IMG/VR virus record: IMGVR_UViG_3300027782_000032
Location: 126,372 to 190,371 of that record
Length of the DNA stretch: 64,000 nucleotides
From: a virus
Direction: 5' to 3' (one strand)
The notes beneath the pieces were generated by a model. It had not been told where the DNA came from. It saw nothing but the letters and a program-made list of their open reading frames with translations, and made no database searches. The stretch's first letter is position 1. The number at the start of each line of letters is the position of its first letter. Shown here one piece after another: positions 1-8,527 of this stretch. The position numbers were made by a program, and so were the translations under genes.

Positions 1-19
1 TGTAGTGCTCAATATAACC

Positions 20-928
20 TCAGCTACTTAGCTTAGAGTCTATAGACGCTGGCCTCCTTGACTTAGTCTTGGATAGCGCTTCAGACTTGTCAGCGTCGGT
101 TAACGCCTTCTTGGCAGTGGCCCTTTCTTCTATGGCCTTCTTGGTAACAGATGGAAGGTTTTCAGTAAATACTAAAATCCTAGCCAACATGGTACTAAGA
201 GTAGCTACAGTCTCGTGCATCTCCTCTACTTTTGATAGAAACTCATCAGGCTTTTCTATCTGGTTTACAACCTCAGTAAAGTCAGCTAGCACGTTCTCAA
301 CCTGAGCTTTAATCTTTGCCTGATATCTTTCAGTACCACTAATAACTTGCTTAATTGTAGAAGACACTTCTGAGCCCCTGTTAGCAACCCTCTTAGCTGT
401 AGTGCCCCCAAACTCAGACTTAATCTCAGACATAAGATCCCTAACCGACAACTTACCAGATATAGCCTTATCTATCATCTTTCTTCTATTATCGTGTGGA
501 TCCGTTTCTGAAGAGCTTGGAAGATGCATAACGCTAGCAAAGTGAGACCAAGTTAAAACAAACCCAGAGTCTTTAGCTCGCTGGACTACCTTGTTAAGCT
601 CTGACTTAGTAGCGTACATAGAGCTGAAAGTAATCGTCTTATAAACTGTTGACTTATCAACTGAAAGAGCTTTAGATAGCTGCTCTACAGCCTTGTCTCC
701 TAGCTTAGGGTTACCCCTAACTGTTCTAGCTACACTACCCCTGTCGTAGTTAAAGCTGATCATGTCGTCTCTAAACTCTTGATAAGCCTTCTTTTCCTTC
801 TCGTAAATTTCAAACAGCTCGTCGCTCATTGAGTCAGTTATATCTGGCTTGTTAGGCTCACTTGATTTGACATGCTGATTTGCAGCCAACTCAGTATCCT
901 TTTCAATTGCTTCTAATTTGTCTTTCAT
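20..928 (-). CDS. ParB/Spo0J-like helix-turn-helix DNA-binding protein with no N-terminal CTPase domain (also resembles DUF1016 N-terminal domain)
   Basis: HTH-like AVEQLSKALSVDKSTVYKTITF, then LTWSHFASVMHL and KAISGKLSVRDL, paralleling ParB LSxGHARALL and EGLSVRE; C-terminal coiled coil. Confidence 0.45.
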   Translation of the reverse strand: MKDKLEAIEKDTELAANQHVKSSEPNKPDITDSMSDELFEIYEKEKKAYQEFRDDMISFNYDRGSVARTVRGNPKLGDKAVEQLSKALSVDKSTVYKTITFSSMYATKSELNKVVQRAKDSGFVLTWSHFASVMHLPSSSETDPHDNRRKMIDKAISGKLSVRDLMSEIKSEFGGTTAKRVANRGSEVSSTIKQVISGTERYQAKIKAQVENVLADFTEVVNQIEKPDEFLSKVEEMHETVATLSTMLARILVFTENLPSVTKKAIEERATAKKALTDADKSEALSKTKSRRPASIDSKLSS

Positions 929-955
929 GAATCACCTCAGTTGTAAAAGAAAAGA

Positions 956-2146
956 CTATTCACCGGAAACACTATCCGGCAAAACCAACCTGTTAAAAAA
1001 CAAATTCCAAGCTACTCGCTCGTACTTGTCCGTGTTGGAGAAGTTGAGAGATCTCTGCTCAAAACTCTCCATAGTTATAGAACGCACCAAGTCCATAGCA
1101 GATCTACTTGGCCAGTTCTTAGATCTATCTAGCATGAGGAAATTGTTTGAAGCAGGCTCGTCACCAGTCAGAACCATAGACAGGCATCGCCTAGACATAA
1201 AGTAAGTTAGACCACCCCTGTCAGTTAAGAACTCAACTAATGAACTGAACCTAGCTTCATCCTTCTCTTCACCTGTAAAGCCTAGAAGCCTACCCTGAGC
1301 ATCTGACTCTTTCTTAGCCAGAGACTCTTTAGAAAATGTCTTGTTTTCAAGCTTAGATACTACACCAACAATGAGTTGAGATAACTTACCAAGAAGGTCT
1401 CTTCCTGAATGAGCTACTCTTCCCATTCTTCCATAAGAAGACTGCATAGTGGCTCCCTTACTATCAATAAGAACTACAGCCGCTTTTATGGCTGAGTCTC
1501 CTATCTCGCTGTTAACAAGCCTTATGCCTGGTGTAAGCCCTGTCTCATCGTAGCCATCCATAGAGTACACTAGGGATACGCGTCTTCCGGACAGCTCAGC
1601 AGAGAAGAAAGAAAGGCTTACGCTACAAGAACCCATAACACTAGAAACAGCCGATAAAAAGTCACTATTGGATAACCTCCTGTATCTATTGCCTACTAGA
1701 GCCTCTATGACCCTCGTCTCAGAGTTTCTAATGGCCTGGAAACCAAACAATCTGCCAAACCTTTTCTTGAGAACAAGGTTGTATAAGGATGCAGCCTCTC
1801 CGACTGTAAAGTCTTCGTCAGGGTCTGCTTTAACCTTTGACGGTTTATCCATGGCGTCTGCAGACCTCCTCATGCCTAATAAGTCGGCAAGAGAAGATGC
1901 CAGACCTGCAGATAGAGCTTTGCAGATCTGGCGCATAGCCAACCATGAGATACGATCGCCCCCAGCTGTTAAAGCTTTTCTAGAAAGTATAAGCTGATCC
2001 TCGGAGTCTATCATCCAAGAATCAGTAGTCCTTTCACAGTCAGCTAAAACATTAACTAGCTTTTCATAGTCGGTTCTATGGAACAACGCACCCCGTAAGG
2101 AGACGGCGAGGTTGGTAGGTTCGTTACTAGGGGATCTTGTAGCCAT
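956..2146 (-). CDS. DUF932-like phage/plasmid protein
   Basis: LVGNRYRRLSNSDFL and PGIRLVNSEIGDSAI resemble the family's S.RY..LDN and GIxIxNSEVG motifs. Confidence 0.45.
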   Translation of the reverse strand: MATRSPSNEPTNLAVSLRGALFHRTDYEKLVNVLADCERTTDSWMIDSEDQLILSRKALTAGGDRISWLAMRQICKALSAGLASSLADLLGMRRSADAMDKPSKVKADPDEDFTVGEAASLYNLVLKKRFGRLFGFQAIRNSETRVIEALVGNRYRRLSNSDFLSAVSSVMGSCSVSLSFFSAELSGRRVSLVYSMDGYDETGLTPGIRLVNSEIGDSAIKAAVVLIDSKGATMQSSYGRMGRVAHSGRDLLGKLSQLIVGVVSKLENKTFSKESLAKKESDAQGRLLGFTGEEKDEARFSSLVEFLTDRGGLTYFMSRRCLSMVLTGDEPASNNFLMLDRSKNWPSRSAMDLVRSITMESFEQRSLNFSNTDKYERVAWNLFFNRLVLPDSVSGE

Positions 2147-2152
2147 GGTTAG

Positions 2153-2536
2153 TTACTCTGGTTTAGACCATGAAAACTTAACTGTCTTACTACAGAACCC
2201 AAGCTTATCCACGTCATTAGACAGGCTAACAAGCATCTCTACTTGGGCTGGGTTAACTTGAGAAATGAGAGCCTTGGCTGCTTCCTTTACAGCGTCTCCA
2301 AGGTTATTTATAGAAGGGTTAAAGTCTACAAGAGTCTTGAACCAATCTCGGTCAAAAGCCTCTAGAGTGCTAGCTACTTCTTTGTCACAGGAAGGTACAT
2401 ACTGTAGAGCAACCTCCAAGTACTTACAAGGAACTGAAGCTGCACACGAGGGGCTGTCACTAACCTCTAAAGGTATGTTGGCAGACCTGCTCATTTCTAC
2501 ATACAGGTTTCCACCATCTTTACTGTTATCTTTCAT
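2153..2536 (-). CDS. hypothetical protein
   Basis: 127-aa ORF packed co-directionally in the operon. Confidence 0.6.
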   Translation of the reverse strand: MKDNSKDGGNLYVEMSRSANIPLEVSDSPSCAASVPCKYLEVALQYVPSCDKEVASTLEAFDRDWFKTLVDFNPSINNLGDAVKEAAKALISQVNPAQVEMLVSLSNDVDKLGFCSKTVKFSWSKPE

Positions 2537-2550
2537 TAGAAATCCTTTCG

Positions 2551-3108
2551 CTAATTAGACCATGTGATCGAATCAAGAAGCTGCTCGAACGGCTCGATCA
2601 CAAAGCTTTCTCCGTTCTTTAAAGATTTGTAAATCTTTAAGCAGTCATCGTCTTTGGCGGCGGCCACGCTGTACCAAGAACCGCCAAATTGTTTCGACTC
2701 TAAATTATGAATACAACACATTTTCCAACTGGGCCAGTTGAACACTACTGCTGTAGGCTTTGTAAGAAAGTCATCAACACCGCTAAGCTTGATGGCATCT
2801 TCATTACTTTTCCAAGCAGCATATAATTCGGTCCTCTTAAAACCGCTATGTAGACCAGCCCACATGTCTCGTATCCATGGGATGTTTTTATAAACTACCC
2901 TAATTGGAAAATTAGGGTACTCTTCGTAAAACCAAGATAATGTAACCTTGGCATCACCAGTTTGTTCTTTGCAAAGCCTCTTAAGATGAGGAAACGAACC
3001 AATGCAAGGAAACCTATTAACAAGGACTCTTAAGGCTGCCTCAACTGAGACAGCCTCCGAGTCTATTCCTACCGGCCTCTTGCTGAAGAACTCTTCACTA
3101 CTTACCAT
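2551..3108 (-). CDS. hypothetical protein
   Basis: 185-aa ORF abutting the recA stop codon. Confidence 0.65.
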   Translation of the reverse strand: MVSSEEFFSKRPVGIDSEAVSVEAALRVLVNRFPCIGSFPHLKRLCKEQTGDAKVTLSWFYEEYPNFPIRVVYKNIPWIRDMWAGLHSGFKRTELYAAWKSNEDAIKLSGVDDFLTKPTAVVFNWPSWKMCCIHNLESKQFGGSWYSVAAAKDDDCLKIYKSLKNGESFVIEPFEQLLDSITWSN

Positions 3109-4320
3109 TTACACACCCACTTTCTCAACTTCTCCAGCTTCACATGCTTCTCTCATCTGAGTTGAGTAGGGAACTCCTAAGACAAAAGGCCTACGCTTTC
3201 GTATACCTTGAGAAGCATCAAGTTCTTCCCTCATAGCTACGTCTGCGTCGATAGCTGCTCCTACCTCGGTCCAGCTAGCTCCTACCAATCCCAACTTTGA
3301 GCAGTCAGCAGTTCTGCGTGACTTATCAATGTTTTTAAGTCCTGTAATGTCAGTAATAACCTTCTTGCGTACTGAAGTCATACCTTCTATGATGCGTATG
3401 CTTGCTTCATGCCAATCCCACCAAGTGGTTTGAACACCATTTTCGTCAAATGTCCACTTCATAGGAGCTAGTATGGACCTTCGCTCTGGAGCCGTTCCAA
3501 GGCTGTTCTTATCCATAATAAACTTAATTAAACGACCAGACTCATCAAGCCTGTCTATGTCGTCCTTCCTTTGCATTCTTATTTTAAAAGTAGCATAAAA
3601 ATCTAACGATTGGCCTCCAGGTATCTTATACTCTGGAATACCGTTTGCGTCCTTACCTATCTTCATATGGTTAACCCCAATGAAGCTAAAAGGCCACACT
3701 CTAATCTCTGAAAACACAAACTTACAATAGGTGTTAATAATGTTTGCACCTTTTGCAAAGTTTATCTGTGCAAAACCTTTTTCCCATATCGCAGCAATCT
3801 CTGCTCTAGTTGCAACAGCTGTTAAAGAGTCGACTCCAATAGCTCCAGGAAAAGGACAAGATCCTGACTCAGAAAAAGCTTTTCTACTTTCTTTAAGCCA
3901 TTTTGTTATGTTCTCTTGCCAGTCCTCTATGCTGTTACAAGTCTGAGTTGGCCACTTTCTATCAGCTTCATGGCCAATTATACTAGACCTAAGATCAGGG
4001 CTATCTTTAGGTTCGGCTAGGTTAAAGATGTACCCACCACCTGCATTAACATGCCATCTAAACATCTCATACAACATCGCTGATTTACAAGATTCGTTAA
4101 TGCCGTACAACTCTGTCATCCTGCTTAATGGAAAGCAGTCGTTCTGGAACAAGTATCTTAGGCTAAACGCAGGCAATGGAATGCCTATGATAACCCTTTG
4201 AGACTCTGATCCAATGTAAGTATCGTTACGTCCGAGCTCAGCTTGTGAAGATGTCATCTGTGAAGAAAAAAAGTCAGATGCTGTTATCTTTACGTCTGGG
4301 TCCCACTTCTTCTTAGCCAT
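3109..4320 (-). CDS. recA: RecA/UvsX-like recombinase
   Basis: RMTELYGINESCKS (Walker A variant), IFNLAE (catalytic Glu), IGVDSLTAV (Walker B), FIGVNH, PGGQSLDFYATFKIRM (cf. PGGRALKFYASVRL). Confidence 0.85.
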   Translation of the reverse strand: MAKKKWDPDVKITASDFFSSQMTSSQAELGRNDTYIGSESQRVIIGIPLPAFSLRYLFQNDCFPLSRMTELYGINESCKSAMLYEMFRWHVNAGGGYIFNLAEPKDSPDLRSSIIGHEADRKWPTQTCNSIEDWQENITKWLKESRKAFSESGSCPFPGAIGVDSLTAVATRAEIAAIWEKGFAQINFAKGANIINTYCKFVFSEIRVWPFSFIGVNHMKIGKDANGIPEYKIPGGQSLDFYATFKIRMQRKDDIDRLDESGRLIKFIMDKNSLGTAPERRSILAPMKWTFDENGVQTTWWDWHEASIRIIEGMTSVRKKVITDITGLKNIDKSRRTADCSKLGLVGASWTEVGAAIDADVAMREELDASQGIRKRRPFVLGVPYSTQMREACEAGEVEKVGV

Positions 4321-4351
4321 GTGTCTATCTCCTTATTTCTATGTGTATTAG

Positions 4352-4378
4352 AGACCCTCCAGTAACTCTGGAGGGTCT
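4352..4378. terminator. intergenic stem-loop, possible terminator or processing site
   Basis: AGACCCTCCAG / CTGGAGGGTCT, 11-bp perfect stem with 5-nt loop. Confidence 0.5.
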
Positions 4379-4389
4379 TGTGTTAACTA

Positions 4390-5679
4390 CTACTTACCGT
4401 CAGTAATTCCAGCCTTAGCCCTTAACTCCCTTAACTGAGCCATAAGCGCATCCTTGTCCAAGTCAATCTCTGGTGCAGCAGCGGCTGCATTAACGATCTT
4501 CTGTGGATCTGGATAAGGCTGTGGTGCAGCTTTAACAGGAGCCTGAACAGGCACAGGTTGGTGTGGGACGTTAGCTACAGTAGCCGGAGCGTAAGCAGCA
4601 GGAACTGGAGCATAAGTTGGTATAGAAGGAGCATATCCTGGGTTAGACACTGCAGTAGCCATAAGCCCTACCTGCCTAAGGTATTCATTACCAAAGTTCA
4701 GGAAGTCTGCAGGTAAGAACCGCTCATATCTATCACGTAAAGCATGTACTACTAAACCAGCGTGCGAAGCTTGGCCTCTCATACTATCAACAACGTATCT
4801 AATCTGCTCTTCGTCAGAAGGGAAGTTTAGGTTGTCTCTAATAGGAGTAGCAGTCCTTCTAGCCACGATCTCCATCTCTGCATCGGTAAAGCTGGCCGGT
4901 TGGCCTCTGTACGTTTTGCTGATTAAACAATCGTAACCTTTGCCCTGTGGCTTGCCGTAGCTAGCTGGCGATAAAGCAGGCGCTTCATAACCTCTAGGAG
5001 TCATTCCAATCTCGTAAAAGACTAGGAATGCTCCGTCCTTAACGGACACTACGTCGCCACTCTTAAACTTGTCATTAACATTACCAGTGGAGCTGGCTCC
5101 GTCATTCTTCAACAAGCTTAACTCTCTAATAAGAGCTTGAGCAGCTGACTTTTTTAACACCATAAAAACAGTCTGATGATGAGGCGCTAAACCGTCAACA
5201 GGTTGCTTTGGCTCTCCCTTATACTCATAAACTGCGCATCTTACGATAAGCACTCTATCAGGCTTAGAGACAGTTGCTGACTTACCAGCGCCGCCCTTGA
5301 TGGCAAGAGCCCATTCTTGAGGACCGCGCACGTTGGTGTTGTTGGCTACTTGATAAGCCAGATCATATACCATGACGCTAGGATTGCTCCTTACCTCATA
5401 GTTATGGTCCTCTGGATCGTAAGCAATCCAACTCTTCTGAGGGTTACCAAAGCTTGAAACCATGGTAGCTTCAAAGAACCACTTAGAACACTCAGATTCG
5501 CTATACCTTGCTGGCTGGAAGCTATTGCCTTCAGTACAAGGGAAAGGACGAATTACAGTAGCATCACTTTTAGTCCATGAAGGACGCATGATGATGCCAG
5601 CCCCTGGCTTAAGAGTGTGATCACCCCTGTTAGAGTCTGGTCTGGAATCAAAGTTTGGCAAACTAATACCTAAAGACAT
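4390..5679 (-). CDS. hypothetical protein, possibly a single-stranded DNA-binding or recombination mediator protein
   Basis: Start moved to MSLGISL (GGAGG RBS); lies directly upstream of recA; long Pro/Ala-rich C-terminal linker. Function inferred from context only. Confidence 0.3.
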   Translation of the reverse strand: MSLGISLPNFDSRPDSNRGDHTLKPGAGIIMRPSWTKSDATVIRPFPCTEGNSFQPARYSESECSKWFFEATMVSSFGNPQKSWIAYDPEDHNYEVRSNPSVMVYDLAYQVANNTNVRGPQEWALAIKGGAGKSATVSKPDRVLIVRCAVYEYKGEPKQPVDGLAPHHQTVFMVLKKSAAQALIRELSLLKNDGASSTGNVNDKFKSGDVVSVKDGAFLVFYEIGMTPRGYEAPALSPASYGKPQGKGYDCLISKTYRGQPASFTDAEMEIVARRTATPIRDNLNFPSDEEQIRYVVDSMRGQASHAGLVVHALRDRYERFLPADFLNFGNEYLRQVGLMATAVSNPGYAPSIPTYAPVPAAYAPATVANVPHQPVPVQAPVKAAPQPYPDPQKIVNAAAAAPEIDLDKDALMAQLRELRAKAGITDGK

Positions 5680-5703
5680 AAAAGACCTCCAAATGAAAAA
5701 ATT

Positions 5704-5724
5704 GGAACAGCACAACGCTGTTCC
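5704..5724 (-). terminator. intrinsic terminator
   Basis: GGAACAGC/GCTGTTCC 8-bp stem followed by AATTTTTT on the minus strand. Confidence 0.5.
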
Positions 5725-5819
5725 GGAACACTGTGTGACGGATTTAAATAGCCTAATAGACTTTTTGGATTTTTAAAACGAATTGTCGATGTGCTGTACG
5801 TCACGTAGACTCGATTCAT

Positions 5820-6323
5820 CTAAAGACCACTAGGAACCATTAGACCATTAGACCCGTTAGAAAAATTTACACTTATGAATGCCGTTATCTGGTTGTTAAG
5901 TTCTCTTAAGTCTCCAGCGTTGTTCAAAACATGAGTGCAGTTAGAAGAAGTATAGGTTACCGTTGGGTCTTTGGCAATACCTGGCCTATCAACCCAAACT
6001 GCTATTTTTATAAGTCCTTCCTGTAAAGCAGTTTGCAACTCTAAAAAAGTTCTTGCACCACACACAATAGGGCTAAATTTTAAACAAGTTCTGATTAATT
6101 TGGCAGGGTCATCACCCCTGTATTCTTCTAGTATTCGCTTCCAGTCTTCTCGTATCTCATGCCTAGTATCCCAAGCTAACTGGTCAGGAATGCCTAGTTT
6201 TGCAGCGACTATCTCTTTGTGCATCCAAGATATGCTGCCTGCGTATGGAATACCTGTAATTTTAGAAAACATATAAGCAGACGTGTCTTTACCAGACCTA
6301 CCGTATCCACAGAAAGCTATCAT
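5820..6323 (-). CDS. deoxynucleoside monophosphate kinase-like P-loop protein
   Basis: N-terminal MIAFCGYGRSGKDT is typical of phage dNMP kinases; later IAVWVDRPG. Confidence 0.6.
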   Translation of the reverse strand: MIAFCGYGRSGKDTSAYMFSKITGIPYAGSISWMHKEIVAAKLGIPDQLAWDTRHEIREDWKRILEEYRGDDPAKLIRTCLKFSPIVCGARTFLELQTALQEGLIKIAVWVDRPGIAKDPTVTYTSSNCTHVLNNAGDLRELNNQITAFISVNFSNGSNGLMVPSGL

Positions 6324-6390
6324 AGTTACCCCTTTAAAAAGTTAATAAGGGCACAGTTTAACATTCGTATTTGCGATGTAAACAAAATAA

Positions 6391-6999
6391 CTATGAAGGC
6401 GTTAACCATGTCTTAAAGTCGCCTAAAGCATCTACATCTACTTTTGGATCCTTACTAACTTCAGGTTCTTTAACTCCAGTAAAATAACCTTTGTCGTAAG
6501 TGTTAGTACCTAAGTCGTTACAAACTTGCTCGTACTCTGAGACCTCAATGTCTATTGTTAAGCTGTTAAAGTAAATGTTTATAGTGCCTCTGCATCCTTC
6601 ATTATTAAAATCAGACCTAGAATCAAGATCTATAATTTGAAACAAAAGATCTTCTTTAGCAGCCCATAAATTTACATTAGAGAGTGGAGCTTCAGTTCTA
6701 GTATCTACAGGAGTAAAAGCAATAACGTCTAAAGCCTGCTGCTCAAACTCAGCAGCCAAAGCGCTGCTTATTGAACATGGGCATTTTGTATCATGAGCTG
6801 TAATCGGTCCAATAGGAGAGCTTCTGTATAATAAATCAAAAGAAGTTCTTGTTACACCACAGTGTATGCAAAATACAGCCGTATTATCAAAGTCACTAAA
6901 TGAATCGCCTGAGCCTGAAAAGTCTGTACTAAAACTTCCAATTAAATTGTAAGTCATAGCAGCATGTTCAATATAAGTCATAATATCTTCACTTCTCAT
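6391..6999 (-). CDS. DUF6878-like protein with C-terminal LGDFKTWLTP tag
   Basis: FSGSGDS and DFNNEGCRGTINI resemble the G.GDSG and WENNDGAYG motifs; adjacent to a DUF6915-like gene. Confidence 0.4.
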   Translation of the reverse strand: MRSEDIMTYIEHAAMTYNLIGSFSTDFSGSGDSFSDFDNTAVFCIHCGVTRTSFDLLYRSSPIGPITAHDTKCPCSISSALAAEFEQQALDVIAFTPVDTRTEAPLSNVNLWAAKEDLLFQIIDLDSRSDFNNEGCRGTINIYFNSLTIDIEVSEYEQVCNDLGTNTYDKGYFTGVKEPEVSKDPKVDVDALGDFKTWLTPS

Positions 7000-7427
7000 T
7001 TTACTTCTCCAATTGATTGCAGGTTAATTGTTCTAGTTACTTTTCTAAGTTCAGATTCAGAATCGGCCAAGTATGTCTTAGTTCTAGGGGCTGGCCCCAT
7101 AGCATTATTCATCCAAGGCGTGAGATTCATCTCAGAAAGATAATCCATCACGTTTGGAAAGAACTTAAACTTAAAGTCCTCGTTTATATGCTGCTCGCAT
7201 ATCCGATATATGCTAACTATCTTTCCGTCACTATTTGTAATTGTCTTGCCAAAAATAGGCTCCATCACCTCAAATATCCAGAAGTGGCTATGTGTAAGTG
7301 CTCTATGTCGGTTATCTCCGCAGTACTTCTTGCTGCAATCCATCTTTTCATGGATTGCCATATAATCCTCAGGCTTACCACCAAACTGCCTAGCCGAACT
7401 AAGCGAGTGAACTAGAGGCTCTGCCAT
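6996..7427 (-). CDS. DUF6915-like protein
   Basis: MAEPLVHSLSSARQFGGKPEDYMAIH, DNRHRALTH, IFGKTITNSDGK, EQHINEDF. Confidence 0.7.
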   Translation of the reverse strand: MAEPLVHSLSSARQFGGKPEDYMAIHEKMDCSKKYCGDNRHRALTHSHFWIFEVMEPIFGKTITNSDGKIVSIYRICEQHINEDFKFKFFPNVMDYLSEMNLTPWMNNAMGPAPRTKTYLADSESELRKVTRTINLQSIGEVK

Positions 7428-7663
7428 TACTCGCTCCTATCTGTAAGCCAAGGTTTATTACTTCTCCATTCATCAATACCTGCTTGCCAGTCATCTGTGA
7501 CTCTATTGACTCTCATAATAGCGTCCATAGGATCTGTAGCAGGCATGTCTATCGTAGTGCCGTCAGACATAGTAACAATATGAGGCACTACGTGCCAAAG
7601 GTCTGACTCTTTTGTATTTTTATTCTTTGTTTTTGCGCTAACCGGCCTAGGTAATCTACTCAT
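7427..7663 (-). CDS. hypothetical protein
   Basis: 78-aa ORF with stop/start coupling to neighbours. Confidence 0.55.
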   Translation of the reverse strand: MSRLPRPVSAKTKNKNTKESDLWHVVPHIVTMSDGTTIDMPATDPMDAIMRVNRVTDDWQAGIDEWRSNKPWLTDRSE

Positions 7664-7665
7664 GG

Positions 7666-7863
7666 TTACTCTCCTTTGATCATAGTTTGTGAGTACTCTA
7701 ATTGGTTCTGACTGGCCATAAACTGCTCTCCTGAGAACTTGTTCTGCGTTCTCCGCAGAGCCACCTGATGGGATCCTTTAATCTTCCATCCCTTACTGAG
7801 CATCTCTTTCACTTCGTTTGTAAGCTCGTAACCATTGTCAGCAACTACAACTTGATATTCCAT
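7666..7863 (-). CDS. small protein, DUF1737-like
   Basis: Start moved to MEYQVV (GGAG RBS); EVKEMLSKGWKIKGS and YSQTMIK. Confidence 0.4.
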   Translation of the reverse strand: MEYQVVVADNGYELTNEVKEMLSKGWKIKGSHQVALRRTQNKFSGEQFMASQNQLEYSQTMIKGE

Positions 7864-7874
7864 TTTTACTCCTT

Positions 7875-8522
7875 TTAGTTTGATGGGTCTAGCCACTGTC
7901 TAAAATCACCTAAAGTATCTTCTGTTACCACCTTATGAAGTGGAAACATTTGTCTGTATTTATGTAACGTGTACTCTTCTGTAGCTATCACTGGTTCACC
8001 CAACGGAAAAGGCGCTTTTAAAACGTCCTGCGCATAACAATAAGAATAGTATGCGCTTATAGCTATTGCAGCTTCTCCTAGTGGAAAAGAACCCTTTAAA
8101 ATATACTTTGCATACATATAAGAGTGTTTTGCAACTTTAGATATAGCGCGCTCTCCCAATATAAAAGGAGCTCTTAAAACATCCGTTGCATAATAGTAAG
8201 AGTATAATGAGCTTTTAGATATTGCATCCTCGCCCAATGGGAAAGGTGCCTTTAAAACTTCGTGTGCATATTCATAAGACGTTACCGCACTTGCGGCTAT
8301 CGCAGCTTCTCCTAGAGGGAATCTACCCTTTAAAACATCTTTAGCATAACGGAAAGAGCAGCTTGCACTTGTAGATATAATACGTTCATTTTTTGTGGGC
8401 TCCGTGCTGCGTATTATCTTGCTGCGTATTCTCCTACCAAAGGCATCATGCAACTGAGGATCTTGTAAGTGCCGGATGTAAGCTTGCAGTTCTAGGCTGT
8501 AAGCTGTTTCTGGGCTCATCAT
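7875..8522 (-). CDS. helical-repeat protein with about 5 copies of a 25-aa unit; paralogue of 8528-9211
   Basis: Unit S.xxSYxYAxDVLKAPFPLGExAIxx; C-terminus LGDFRQWLDPSN. Confidence 0.75.
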   Translation of the reverse strand: MMSPETAYSLELQAYIRHLQDPQLHDAFGRRIRSKIIRSTEPTKNERIISTSASCSFRYAKDVLKGRFPLGEAAIAASAVTSYEYAHEVLKAPFPLGEDAISKSSLYSYYYATDVLRAPFILGERAISKVAKHSYMYAKYILKGSFPLGEAAIAISAYYSYCYAQDVLKAPFPLGEPVIATEEYTLHKYRQMFPLHKVVTEDTLGDFRQWLDPSN

Positions 8523-8527
8523 GTATT

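Noticed and set aside
1-22. Readthrough of the TGA ending ORF 20-928
   Set aside because: The frame stays open for only the six codons left before the window edge, which is uninformative.
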